The notes under the pieces: generated by a model
Seen by the model: only the letters and a program-made list of their open reading frames with translations
Told to the model about the DNA's origin: nothing
Database searches by the model: none
NCBI GenBank assembly: GCA_963742605.1
Contig: CAVUNA010000014.1
Location: 591,200 to 655,199 of the forward strand
Source of the DNA: an uncultured Thermoleophilia bacterium
GTDB lineage: Bacteria; Actinomycetota; Thermoleophilia; Gaiellales; Gaiellaceae
Direction: 5' to 3'
Length of the DNA stretch: 64,000 bases
Shown: one piece after another, positions 55,442-64,000 of the stretch
Layout of the letters: every line of letters starts with the position of its first letter
How positions within the stretch are numbered: position 1 is the first letter of the stretch
Translations under genes and position numbers: made by a program

Positions 55442-55528
55442 CGCCGGGCTTCTCGGGCTCCCGCGCAGGCGAAGGACCTGCCTTGTCGGGCAACGAGGCG
55501 GGTAGTAACATCGCTCCCATTCATGCTG

Positions 55529-55554
55529 CATTCGCGAGTTGGTGCTCGCGAATG
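55529..55554. promoter_or_regulatory. Perfect 10-6-10 inverted repeat upstream of the beta-helix gene
   Basis: CATTCGCGAG-ttggtg-CTCGCGAATG, 37 nt before ATG 55591. Confidence 0.25.
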
Positions 55555-55590
55555 TGAGCAGGCAAACGTTGATCGCAGAGGGGAGTACCT

Positions 55591-56748
55591 ATGTCATGCG
55601 ATCGTACGCGCACGCGTCGGCTGCGGGCCCGGGCCACGATTGCGTCCATTGTGAGCGGTGTCGTCGCCCTGGCTGTGGCAGGTCCTGCAGCTGCCGGTGG
55701 GGCGCTGTTCGTCTCCGCATCGTCGGGCAGCGATGCGAACCCGTGCAGCTCCGCGCAGCCTTGCCGGACGATCGGCCACGCGGTTGCCGTCGCGAGCCCG
55801 GGGTCGACCATCTCGGTCGCCGCAGGGACGTACGCCGAGGAGGTCGTGATCTCCAAGGGCTTGACGCTGCTCGGCGACGATTCGGTGGTCGACGCGTCGG
55901 GTCACGACAACGGGATCGTCATCAGCGGGCCGGGCGCAGCCGGCACCCTCGTCCAGGGGTTCACGGTCGAGAATGCGAACGCCGAGGGGGTCCTCGCCGT
56001 CTCGACCTCCAACGTGAGCATTCTCCACAACGAGCTCATGCACAACGACCAGACCGAGCACGCGCCAACGCCTCCGCAGTGCGCAGACCAGGGACCGCTT
56101 CCGGGCGACTGTGGTGAGGCGCTGCACCTGATGGGGACCAGCTTCTCGCGCGTGATCGGAAACAACGTGCACGACAACGTCGGCGGGATCCTGATCACGG
56201 ACGAGACGGGCCCCAGCCACGGCAACCTGATCGCGAAGAACATCAGCCGAGACAACATCGACGACTGCGGGATCACGCTTCCGTCGCACAACGCGCTGGC
56301 GACGAGCGACCCGAGCAAAGCCGGCGTCTACGACAACACCGTGGTCGGCAATCTCTCGGAGGGCAACGGTGGCGCAGGGGTCGGGATGTTCGCGCCGTTC
56401 CCCGGCACAGCGTCATACAACAACCGCGTCATCGGCAACATCCTGCTCGACAACGGCGAGGCGGGTGTCGGCATTCATGCACACGCGCCCGGCCAGAACG
56501 TGTCCGGCAACGCGATCATCGGCAACGTGATCTCCGGGAACGGCGTCGACCCCGACGCGGACAGCGGCCAGAGCGTCGGCATCGCCTTCCTGAACGCCGA
56601 TCCGATGACGAACCCGATAGTCCTCCTCCTGTCCAATCAGATCAGCAACCAACACTTCGGCGTGTTCATCAACGGCTCGTTCAACATCCAGGGGCTCCCA
56701 CTGAACTTCTTCGGCCGAGGAGTCATCCCGGTCGGACACCACGCGTAA
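55591..56748 (+). CDS. Secreted right-handed parallel beta-helix repeat protein (pectin-lyase fold, NosD-like)
   Basis: 385 aa. Signal peptide with RRLRARATIASIV...AAA. Repeated motifs: GIVISG / NNVHDNVGGILI / GNLSEGNGGAGVGM / GNILLDNGEAGVGI / GNVISGNG. Confidence 0.7.
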   Translation: MSCDRTRTRRLRARATIASIVSGVVALAVAGPAAAGGALFVSASSGSDANPCSSAQPCRTIGHAVAVASPGSTISVAAGTYAEEVVISKGLTLLGDDSVVDASGHDNGIVISGPGAAGTLVQGFTVENANAEGVLAVSTSNVSILHNELMHNDQTEHAPTPPQCADQGPLPGDCGEALHLMGTSFSRVIGNNVHDNVGGILITDETGPSHGNLIAKNISRDNIDDCGITLPSHNALATSDPSKAGVYDNTVVGNLSEGNGGAGVGMFAPFPGTASYNNRVIGNILLDNGEAGVGIHAHAPGQNVSGNAIIGNVISGNGVDPDADSGQSVGIAFLNADPMTNPIVLLLSNQISNQHFGVFINGSFNIQGLPLNFFGRGVIPVGHHA

Positions 56749-56757
56749 CGTCCGGCG

Positions 56758-56793
56758 GGATGGTGGCGGGGCACAGGCCCCGCCACCATCCCT
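56758..56793 (+). terminator. Strong hairpin terminator (16-bp perfect stem)
   Basis: GGGATGGTGGCGGGGC-acag-GCCCCGCCACCATCCC, 10 nt after the stop. Confidence 0.65.
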
Positions 56794-56861
56794 ACGGTCA
56801 CCGGTCAATTGTTCGGTTCGCTCGGGCGCCGGGAACATGAGACTGGCTATCATCTCTGTTC

Positions 56862-57311
56862 GTGACGCGGGGACAGCCGAAAGCGGAGCGTGACTGGGTC
56901 GATGCGACGCACGTAGCTTTGCTCGGGAAGGGTCTTCGGCGAGGCGCCGCGCGCCGCGCGGTGATCGAGCTACTTGCTGCGCAGGATTGCTGCTTGACCG
57001 CGCAGGAGATCTTCGATTCGTTACGCGCGTCGGAACGGCGCGTGGGTATCGCCAGCGTGTATCGAATCCTCGAACTCCTGACGTCGGAGGGGTTTGTGCA
57101 GCGGATCGACCTCGGTGAAGGCGTGTCTCGTTACGAGCCGGTCTGGCCCGAGGGTCATCACCACCATCTCGTCTGCGACAGCTGCGGCAAGGTCGAAGCA
57201 TTCGAGGACGGCGACCTCGAGCTTGCTCTCGATCGAGTCGAAACAGTCTCTGGCTACGAGATCGCGGCGCATGAGGTCGTGCTGCACGGCGCCTGCGGCG
57301 ACTGTCGTTAA
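56862..57311 (+). CDS. Fur family transcriptional regulator (probably Zur, by context)
   Basis: 149 aa. VYRILELLTSEGFV, HHHHLVCDSCGKV, HGACGDC. Convergent with and adjacent to the metal ABC importer; the two stop codons overlap in TTAA. Confidence 0.75.
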   Translation: MTRGQPKAERDWVDATHVALLGKGLRRGAARRAVIELLAAQDCCLTAQEIFDSLRASERRVGIASVYRILELLTSEGFVQRIDLGEGVSRYEPVWPEGHHHHLVCDSCGKVEAFEDGDLELALDRVETVSGYEIAAHEVVLHGACGDCR

Positions 57312-58135
57312 GCCTGCGGCAAGGCGAAGCGCGCCGGGGTTGTCACCAGGTATGCGAGCAGGTAGATGATCGTCGCGGTGCCGATGATCGCCGTGCTCGG
57401 GGGCAGTGAGGAGATCAGGTAGGCGACGGTGACGCCGATCCAGATCGACGCAAGCGCGAATAGCGAGGACAGCAGGAGGGCAAGGTACGGCCTCGCGGTC
57501 AGTCGGTGTGCGGCGCCCGCGGGGGCGGCGATCAGGCCGAGCATGAGCAACGCGCCGACGGCCTGGGTCGCTTCGCCCGCCACGATGCCGAGCAGGACGA
57601 GAAAGACGGTGCCGAGCAGCGCGACAGGCACGCCGTGAGCAGTGGCGACCTGGGCGTCGATCGTCGAGAAGAGCAGCGGCCGGGCGATGACGAGCAGGGC
57701 GGCCAACACGGCGACGCCGACGACGGCGGCGAGCCGCGCCTGGCTCGTACCGAGGCCGAAGATCGACCCGAACAGCGTTCGAGCGGCGGTGATCCCGCTG
57801 CCGCCACCGCTGCCGCTGTTGAAGAGGTCGAGGAAGAAGACGCCAAGGCCGAGAATCCAGACGAAGACCACTCCGATCGTGACGTCGTCGGCCCGAGCCT
57901 GTTCACCGAGAGCCGCCAACAGCAGAGCGATGAGAATCGTCGCGGTGAAGAGGCCGAGACGGAGATCGAGGCCGACCGCCGCCGCCGCGAGCGCGCCCGT
58001 GAAGGCGACGTGGCTGAGGGCGTCGCCGGCGAAGACCTGGCTTCGGAGCACTACGAAGTAACCCACCGCGCCGCAGGCAAGCGCGATCGGAGTTCCGGCG
58101 AGGAGCGCGTTGCGGATGAACTCCTGCCCGAACAT
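57308..58135 (-). CDS. Metal (Zn/Mn) ABC transporter permease, second of two
   Basis: ATG 58135 lies inside track ORF 57308-59107. MFGQEFIRNALLAGTPIALACGAVGYFVVLR is typical of ABC-3 (ZnuB/TroD) permeases. Confidence 0.8.
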   Translation of the reverse strand: MFGQEFIRNALLAGTPIALACGAVGYFVVLRSQVFAGDALSHVAFTGALAAAAVGLDLRLGLFTATILIALLLAALGEQARADDVTIGVVFVWILGLGVFFLDLFNSGSGGGSGITAARTLFGSIFGLGTSQARLAAVVGVAVLAALLVIARPLLFSTIDAQVATAHGVPVALLGTVFLVLLGIVAGEATQAVGALLMLGLIAAPAGAAHRLTARPYLALLLSSLFALASIWIGVTVAYLISSLPPSTAIIGTATIIYLLAYLVTTPARFALPQA

Positions 58136-59031
58136 CAGCCTGCGACTTCGACGACGACTCGGCGGCTGGTTCGTCGCAGCCGGCGCGTGGCCGACCCCGC
58201 GCTTCGGGAGAGGACGTAGATGCCGAACGCGAGGCTGGTCACGAAGAAGCCGATCGAGTGGTTGGTGAAGTACGACAGTCCGAGTCCGATCCAGGTGACT
58301 GCCAGTGCGAAGGTCACCGAGAGAGCGAGCCCGAGCCCGATCCGCGGAGTGAGCTGTTGCGCGGCAGCGGCTGGCGCGACGAGGAGCGCGAACACGAGGA
58401 GGACACCCGTGATCTGGGCGGTCGCGGCGACGGCCAGCCCGAGCACGAGCAGGAATGCGACGCGGAGCGCTTGCACCGGCACCCCGCGCGCGCCGGCCAC
58501 GAGCTCGTCGACGGAGCTGTAAAGCAGCGGCCGGCCTACGAGAGCGAAGAGCGCCAGGGTGACGACCGTGATCGCGAGCAGCGTCCGGACCTGAGTGGTC
58601 GTGATGCCGAGGAAGGAGCCGAACAGGAGCGTCTCGAGATTCTCGAGAACGCCGCCGTAGAGGCTGAGGAACAGGAACCCGAGCGCGAGGCCGGCCGCCT
58701 GCACGGTCCCGGTCAGGGCTGATTCCTGGGCGAGGCTGTGGCGGCCGCCCGGCCTGGAGCCGGCGGCGAGGACGAGCGCCGCCACCGTGCAAGACACGAA
58801 GTATCCGGCCGCAAGCGGAATCCCCACGAGCGCCGCGCCGCTCGCGCCGGGGAACGACATGATCGAGAGCGTGTGACCCGCGAAGGTCTGCCGCCGCAAG
58901 ACCATGAACCAGCCCACCACCGAAGCCATCACCGCAACCGTCGTCCCCGCCTCGAGTGCGTTGACCATGAACGGGTAGGCCAGCATCTGGTGGAGATCCG
59001 AGATCGGGTCGAGCGAGAGCTGCGGGTTCAT
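58135..59031 (-). CDS. Metal (Zn/Mn) ABC transporter permease, first of two
   Basis: ATG 59031 lies inside track ORF 58135-59439. ...MLAYPFMVNALEAGTTVAVMASVVGWFMVLRRQTFAGH. There is a 1-nt TGATG overlap at both ends. Confidence 0.8.
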   Translation of the reverse strand: MNPQLSLDPISDLHQMLAYPFMVNALEAGTTVAVMASVVGWFMVLRRQTFAGHTLSIMSFPGASGAALVGIPLAAGYFVSCTVAALVLAAGSRPGGRHSLAQESALTGTVQAAGLALGFLFLSLYGGVLENLETLLFGSFLGITTTQVRTLLAITVVTLALFALVGRPLLYSSVDELVAGARGVPVQALRVAFLLVLGLAVAATAQITGVLLVFALLVAPAAAAQQLTPRIGLGLALSVTFALAVTWIGLGLSYFTNHSIGFFVTSLAFGIYVLSRSAGSATRRLRRTSRRVVVEVAG

Positions 59032-59897
59032 CAGTGACCACGGCCGCGGCTGTGTGCGTGCCGGTCGGAGTGATGCGCGGGCGTGTCGGGCTGCCCGACG
59101 ACGACAAGTCGCCCGTCCGAGGTGCGGAGCACCTCGACCGGCGCCTGGTACAGGTCGCTCAACGTCTCGGTTCTGATCACCTGCTCCGGCGGCCCGGCGA
59201 GGACGCGCCCGCCTGCGATGTAGATGACCCGGTCCAGGTGTGCGAGCAGCGGGTTGACGTCGTGCGCGACGAGTAGCACGGTCACCTTCCGGGAGCGGCA
59301 GGTCCGGTCGAGCAGGGCCGTCACCGCGGCCTGATTGCCCAGGTCGAGGCTGTCGAGCGGTTCGTCGAGGAACAGCATCTGCGGTCGGCTGACCAATGCC
59401 TGGGCGATCAGCAGTCGCTGCTGCTCGCCGCCCGAACACTCACCGATCGACCGGCGCGCATACGCGCTCGCGCCGACGAACTCGACCGTCTCCTCGACCC
59501 GAGCCGATCTCTCCGTTCGCCACGGAAGCTGGAACCCCCAGTGGGATCCGTCGAGGCCGAGGCGGACGAGATCGACGCCGCGGATCCGCGTCGCCTCGTC
59601 GAAAGCGTGCCGCTGAGGTAGGTAGCCGATCTCTTTGTTCCATCGGCCGGGCGGCCCACCGAGGACGGAAACGGAGCCCGTGCTCGGCTCGAGCAAGCCG
59701 AGCAGGACCCGCAGCAGCGTCGACTTGCCGGCTCCGTTCGGACCGAGCACCGCGACGAACTCCCCAGGCTCGACACGCAGGCTCGCGTCGGCCCAGATCG
59801 TCTGGCCGCCGACCGAGGCGGAAGCGTGGACGAGCTCGATCGCGGCGGAACCACGGACCGGCTCCGTCGCCTCTCGGCTCGTGGCGCCCGTCGCCAA
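59031..59897 (-). CDS. Metal ABC transporter ATP-binding protein
   Basis: Walker A GPNGAGKST, signature CSGGEQQR, Walker B MLFLDEPL. Confidence 0.85.
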   Translation of the reverse strand: MATGATSREATEPVRGSAAIELVHASASVGGQTIWADASLRVEPGEFVAVLGPNGAGKSTLLRVLLGLLEPSTGSVSVLGGPPGRWNKEIGYLPQRHAFDEATRIRGVDLVRLGLDGSHWGFQLPWRTERSARVEETVEFVGASAYARRSIGECSGGEQQRLLIAQALVSRPQMLFLDEPLDSLDLGNQAAVTALLDRTCRSRKVTVLLVAHDVNPLLAHLDRVIYIAGGRVLAGPPEQVIRTETLSDLYQAPVEVLRTSDGRLVVVGQPDTPAHHSDRHAHSRGRGH

Positions 59898-59901
59898 ACG
59901 G

Positions 59902-60864
59902 TCAGCGACCGGTTGCCCGGTGCAGCGCCGTGATCAGCCCTTCGAGCTCTGCGACCTGCCACTGCTCGAAGTTGTCGGAAGCCGGTGAGAGTGTCTCGGT
60001 CACCGTCGCGATCGGGATGTGATGCTTCTTGGCGATCGAGTTGATCTGCTGGACGTCGGGCGTCGCGTTCTGGCTGTTGTACACCCAGACCTTGATCAGA
60101 CGCTTCTTCGCCTGATTGTCGACGGCCTGCTTGTCCTTCGCGCTCACGTCCGTGCCTTCCGCGACCGCCTTCGCGAAGCTGTACGGCGTCAGCAGCTTCA
60201 GGCCGAGCGACTGCCCGAGCGGCTGAAAGATGCTCTCGCTGTAGCCGACCGGCACACCGGCGAAGCGCTTGCGGATCTCCGCGCGGAGCTTGTCGTACGT
60301 TGCGAGCGAGACCGTTTCGAAATGACGCTTCTGCTTTGCGAAGTAGGTCTTGTCGGTTGGGTCGAGCTTGACGTATTCAGCGGAGATCGCGTCGATCACT
60401 CGTTGCACGCTCGTCGGTGAGTACCACTGGTGCGGGTTGTCGCCTTCCTTCAAGCCGAGCAGGTCGCCGACGTCGAGCACCACCCGTCCCCCGACCGGAT
60501 TCGCGGCGAGCAGCTGCGAAGCCCAACCGTCGTAGCCGATCCCGTTCACGATCACGAGCTTCGCGCCGGCCAGCGTCCGCGCGTCACCGGCGGTCGGCTC
60601 GTACGAGTGCGGATCGGTGTTCGGGTTGACGATGATGCTCTGCACGGAGACTTTCGAGCCGGCGAGCTGGGAGGCGATGCTGCCCCAGAAGTTCTCCGCG
60701 GCTACCACCTGGAACGCGGGACCGGCACGCTGCGCCGTCGTCGACGCCAGCGCGGAGCTCGAGCCGCCCACCACAACAACGACGACGAGCACCGCGAGCG
60801 GCGCCATGCGACCGACGATTCCGGGGAGACCCAGCTTGACTCTCGAGCGGCTCGCGAGCGACAT
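59902..60864 (-). CDS. Metal ABC transporter substrate-binding protein (ZnuA/TroA family)
   Basis: 320 aa. A signal/TM segment, then VAAENFWGSIASQLAG...NPNTDPHSYEPT...IVNGIGYDGW. Confidence 0.8.
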   Translation of the reverse strand: MSLASRSRVKLGLPGIVGRMAPLAVLVVVVVVGGSSSALASTTAQRAGPAFQVVAAENFWGSIASQLAGSKVSVQSIIVNPNTDPHSYEPTAGDARTLAGAKLVIVNGIGYDGWASQLLAANPVGGRVVLDVGDLLGLKEGDNPHQWYSPTSVQRVIDAISAEYVKLDPTDKTYFAKQKRHFETVSLATYDKLRAEIRKRFAGVPVGYSESIFQPLGQSLGLKLLTPYSFAKAVAEGTDVSAKDKQAVDNQAKKRLIKVWVYNSQNATPDVQQINSIAKKHHIPIATVTETLSPASDNFEQWQVAELEGLITALHRATGR

Positions 60865-60886
60865 CGGTCGGCACCCTAGCAGATAC

Positions 60887-60901
60887 TAAGACTCACTCTT
60901 A
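60887..60901. promoter_or_regulatory. 5-5-5 palindrome overlapping a candidate -10 of the metal-importer operon
   Basis: TAAGActcacTCTTA. On the minus strand, TAGTAT (60883-60888) lies 18 nt upstream of ATG 60864. This is a locally AT-rich divergent spacer. Confidence 0.2.
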
Positions 60902-60989
60902 TGAATGATCGCCGCTGCGCCCGGCCCGACCGCCTCGGGCGCTATCTTCGTGAGAGTGACGCACCAGTCGTTTTCGTTCTGGAGCGTCG

Positions 60990-62210
60990 ATGTGGCAGCT
61001 TGACGTTCCTGACGACCGCGACCGCCGCGAGCACATCCTTGTGATCCTCGGTGTGCTGACGCTGTTCACGATCATCGTCGGGACGACGATCCTTGGGATC
61101 GCGGAGAACTGGCCGCACCAGCAGCGCATCGCGACGCCGAGTGCGCTCCGGCAGCCGAAGACGTACTCCGCCACCGTCGTCGCGCTCGATGCCGTGCCGT
61201 GCCAGGCATCATCCGGCGCCGAGAACTGCAGCGTCGCCACGGTCTCGCTCGGAAGTGGGCCGGACAAGGGGCACGACACCAAGATCCGCTTCGGCGACAC
61301 GGGCACCACGGTCCGGGTCGGGCTGGGCGACAAGGTGCTCGTCTATCGCAACCCCTTGCCGCCGGGCGCGACGATCGGCGGCGTCACAGCCCCGCCGTAT
61401 GCCTTCTCCGATTTCCAGCGGCACGGGCCGCTGCTCTGGCTGGCGCTCGTCTTCGTCGTGATCGTGCTCGTCGCCGGGCGGATTCGCGGAGCTCGTGCGC
61501 TGGCCGGCCTCGCCGCCAGTCTCGGGATGGTCGTGTTCTTCATCGTGCCGGCGATCACCACCGGCCGCCCGCCGCTTCAGGTCGCCGGGTTCGGCGCCCT
61601 CGGCATCATGCTGCTGACGATCCCGCTCGTCCACGGCGGCGGCGCGAAGGCACTCGCCGCGTGCATCGGGACCGCCTTGGCGCTCCTGCTGACACTCGCT
61701 CTCGCGGACGCGTTCACGTCGCTCGCCCACCTGAGCGGCTTGACGACGGATCAAGCCGTCTACCTGCAGTCGGCGACGCATGTCTCGATCCGCGGGCTCC
61801 TGCTCGCCGGCATGGTGGTCGGGTCGCTCGGCGTGCTCGGCGACACCACGGTCACCCAGGCCTCGACCGTGCTGGCGCTCCGGCGGGCGAACCCGGCCCT
61901 CGGCTGGAAGGGACTGGTCGGACACGCGACCAGCGTCGGACGGGACCACATCGCCGCGACGGTCAACACGCTCGTCCTCGCCTACACCGGCGCCGCACTG
62001 CCGTTGCTGGTGATCTTCAGCCTCGCCGGCACCTCTTTCGCGAGCGCGGTCAACAGCGAGTCGGTCGCAGGGCCGATCGTCGCGACGCTCGTCGGATCGA
62101 TCGGCCTGATCGCCGCCGTTCCGCTGACCACAGCCCTCGCCGCCCTGCTGGCGTTGCACCTCGTCGACCGGGAGACACCCGGCGCCTTCGCTCACGCGCA
62201 CGCCCACTGA
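60990..62210 (+). CDS. YibE/F family membrane protein
   Basis: 406 aa. An N-terminal TM helix and extracytoplasmic domain are followed by about 7 TM helices, with GVLGDTTVTQASTV and RDHIAATVNTLVLAYTGAALPLL. Confidence 0.7.
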   Translation: MWQLDVPDDRDRREHILVILGVLTLFTIIVGTTILGIAENWPHQQRIATPSALRQPKTYSATVVALDAVPCQASSGAENCSVATVSLGSGPDKGHDTKIRFGDTGTTVRVGLGDKVLVYRNPLPPGATIGGVTAPPYAFSDFQRHGPLLWLALVFVVIVLVAGRIRGARALAGLAASLGMVVFFIVPAITTGRPPLQVAGFGALGIMLLTIPLVHGGGAKALAACIGTALALLLTLALADAFTSLAHLSGLTTDQAVYLQSATHVSIRGLLLAGMVVGSLGVLGDTTVTQASTVLALRRANPALGWKGLVGHATSVGRDHIAATVNTLVLAYTGAALPLLVIFSLAGTSFASAVNSESVAGPIVATLVGSIGLIAAVPLTTALAALLALHLVDRETPGAFAHAHAH

Positions 62211-62250
62211 CTCGCGGAGTCGGGTCTACCGCGGTTTGTAGGCTCGCCTG

Positions 62251-63825
62251 ATGCACGTCGGCACGCATCTCGAGCTTCAACTGCTGGTGCTCCTGGTCGC
62301 ACTCGCGGTGATGCTGGTCGTCTCGGCCGCGGTCAAGCTACCGCTCCCGATCCTCTTCGTCGGCGGCGGTCTGCTGCTCGGCTTCGCGCCCGGCTTCCCG
62401 CAGATCACGCTGCCGCCGGACCTCGTGCTCGTGGCGATCCTGCCGCCGCTCCTCTACTCGACGGCGTTCTTCACCGGGCTTCGCGACCTGCGGACGAACA
62501 TCCGCCCGATCGGCCTCCTCGCGATCGGGCTCGTCCTGGTCACGATGAGCAGTGTCGCCGTGGTCGCCCACCAGGCGATCTCCGGCCTCAGCTGGGGCGC
62601 CGCCTTCACGCTCGGTGCGATCGTCTCGCCGACCGATGCACTCGCTGCGACCGAGATCGCCCGCAATCTCGGCGTCCCGCGACGCATCGTCTCGATCATC
62701 GAGGGCGAAAGCCTCGTCAACGACGGTACGGCGCTCGTGCTCTATCGAACGGCGGTCACGGCCGCCGTGGCCGGGACGTTCTCGCTGTTCGACGCCAGCT
62801 GGCACCTGGTCGTCAACGTGATCGGCGGGATCGCCGTCGGCCTCGCCGTCGGCTGGGTCGTCCGGCAGGTACGGCTCCGCGTGAACGACACGCCGACCGA
62901 GGTGGCGCTCGCGCTCCTGTCCGGCTACCTCGCGTTCCTGCCGGCCGCCGCGATCGGCGTGTCCGGCGTCCTGGCCGCGGTCACGATCGGCGTCTACATG
63001 GGCTGGTACACCCCGCAGCTCACGACCGTCGAAACGCGGCTCTCCGGCAATGCGTTCTGGGAGATCCTGGTCTTCCTCGTCAACGCCCTGCTCTTCGCGT
63101 TGATCGGGATCCAGCTGCACGGGATCCTGAACCGGCTGTCGGGCCACTCGACCGCGTCGCTGATTGCCGATGCGGCGCTGATCTCCGCCGTCGTGATCGT
63201 GACCCGGGTCGTCTGGGTGCCGATCATGACCTATCTCCCGCGTCTGCTCTTCCGGCGGATCAGAGAGCGAGATCCCTATCCGCCGTGGCAATACCCGATC
63301 GTGATCTCGTGGGCGGGCATCCGCGGCGCCGTGTCGCTCGCCGCCGCGCTCGCTCTCCCGATCAACGTCCCCGGACGCGATCTGATCATCTTCCTCACGT
63401 TCGCGGTCATCCTCGCCACTCTCGTCGGGCAAGGGCTGACGTTGCCGTCGCTGATTCGAGTGCTCGGCATTCCGGAGGACGACGGCGCCGAACGGGAGGA
63501 TGCCAAGGCGCGGATCAAGGCGGCCGACGCGGCGATCGCGCGGCTGGACGAGCTCGCGGCCGAAGACTGGGTCCGCGACGACACGGCGGAACGCCTTCGA
63601 GGCTCGTACCGGTTCCGTCAGACGCGGTTCCGGGCGAGGCTCGACGGCCAGGACGACGACGGCGTCGAGGAACGTTCGCAACAGTTCCAGCGGCTGCGGC
63701 GCGAGTTGCTCGACGCCGAGCGGAACGCGGTGCTCGCCCTCCGCAACGACGGTGTGATCACGGAGGAGGTCATGCAGCGGGTGCAGCGCGATCTCGACCT
63801 CGAGGACTCGCGCCTCGACGTGTGA
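62251..63825 (+). CDS. Na+/H+ antiporter (CPA1 family)
   Basis: 524 aa. About 12 TM helices plus a cytoplasmic tail. SPTDALAATEI, IIEGESLVNDGTALVLY and WAGIRGAVSLAAAL are typical. Confidence 0.85.
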   Translation: MHVGTHLELQLLVLLVALAVMLVVSAAVKLPLPILFVGGGLLLGFAPGFPQITLPPDLVLVAILPPLLYSTAFFTGLRDLRTNIRPIGLLAIGLVLVTMSSVAVVAHQAISGLSWGAAFTLGAIVSPTDALAATEIARNLGVPRRIVSIIEGESLVNDGTALVLYRTAVTAAVAGTFSLFDASWHLVVNVIGGIAVGLAVGWVVRQVRLRVNDTPTEVALALLSGYLAFLPAAAIGVSGVLAAVTIGVYMGWYTPQLTTVETRLSGNAFWEILVFLVNALLFALIGIQLHGILNRLSGHSTASLIADAALISAVVIVTRVVWVPIMTYLPRLLFRRIRERDPYPPWQYPIVISWAGIRGAVSLAAALALPINVPGRDLIIFLTFAVILATLVGQGLTLPSLIRVLGIPEDDGAEREDAKARIKAADAAIARLDELAAEDWVRDDTAERLRGSYRFRQTRFRARLDGQDDDGVEERSQQFQRLRRELLDAERNAVLALRNDGVITEEVMQRVQRDLDLEDSRLDV

Positions 63826-63835
63826 TCGCTGCTCG

Positions 63836-64000
63836 CTACGTGCGCAGGACGATCGTGCCCGGGCTCTGCTGGTCAGGCCGTTGCGACGTCACCACCCACC
63901 CGTCGACGCCGCGTGCCGTCCAGGGGACGCTGAAGGTGACGTTCGTCGTCTTGCCGTGCACGCGGAACTGCCCGCACGCCTCGGTCGGCCGACCGCTGCG
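63836..64000 (-). CDS. Partial ORF (C-terminal ~54 aa), hypothetical
   Basis: Own translation of the minus strand: ...FRVHGKTTNVTFSVPWTARGVDGWVVTSQRPDQQSPGTIVLRT* with a TAG stop at 63836-38. The ORF runs off the window end. No family recognised. Confidence 0.3.
   Translation of the reverse strand, partial: RSGRPTEACGQFRVHGKTTNVTFSVPWTARGVDGWVVTSQRPDQQSPGTIVLRT

Overview
GC-rich, actinobacterium-like chromosomal segment (third codon positions are almost all G/C). It is densely coding on both strands: about 70 protein genes and one tRNA-Thr. I saw no rRNA, CRISPR array, transposase, integrase or recognisable defence system. Many long ORFs in the track are antisense artefacts of the high GC content.

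Main blocks:
(1) 1-13.7 kb: reductive pyrimidine / beta-amino-acid catabolism cluster. It holds a class III aminotransferase, mmsA, dihydropyrimidinase, an M20 carbamoyl-amidohydrolase, a NitT/TauT-type ABC importer, and FAD-, F420- and NAD-type oxidoreductases. No recognisable dihydropyrimidine dehydrogenase is present.
(2) 13.8-17.0 kb: MacB/FtsX-type ABC operon carrying five frameshifts.
(3) 17-29 kb: NUDIX hydrolase, two ArsR-SRPBCC modules, an orphan clpP, a secreted-protein/response-regulator/CHASE3-kinase operon, proline dehydrogenase, assorted oxidoreductases and hydrolases, and a GGDEF protein.
(4) 29-38 kb: nrdJ, envelope genes, and tmk-holB-tRNA-Thr.
(5) 38-50 kb: a run of membrane proteins (K+ channel, RDD, Vps62-like fusion, PLDc_N/SHOCT, HdeD-like), lepB, a CopC/CopD cluster and a kynureninase-like gene.
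(6) 51.0-54.2 kb: a disturbed patch with a 163-bp palindromic MITE-like element, a 3'-truncated acyl-CoA synthetase and DUF72, next to thyX interrupted by a 199-aa mini-intein.
(7) 54-64 kb: sigma-70 factor, beta-helix protein, a Fur-family regulator with a Zn/Mn-type ABC importer, YibE/F, and a Na+/H+ antiporter.

I did not find a convincing, entirely new multi-gene system. The most notable items are the ThyX intein, the palindromic element with the adjacent truncated gene, the frameshift-riddled ABC operon, the pyrimidine cluster without pydA, and several compact palindromic operator candidates.

All family assignments come from motif recognition by eye; no database search was run.
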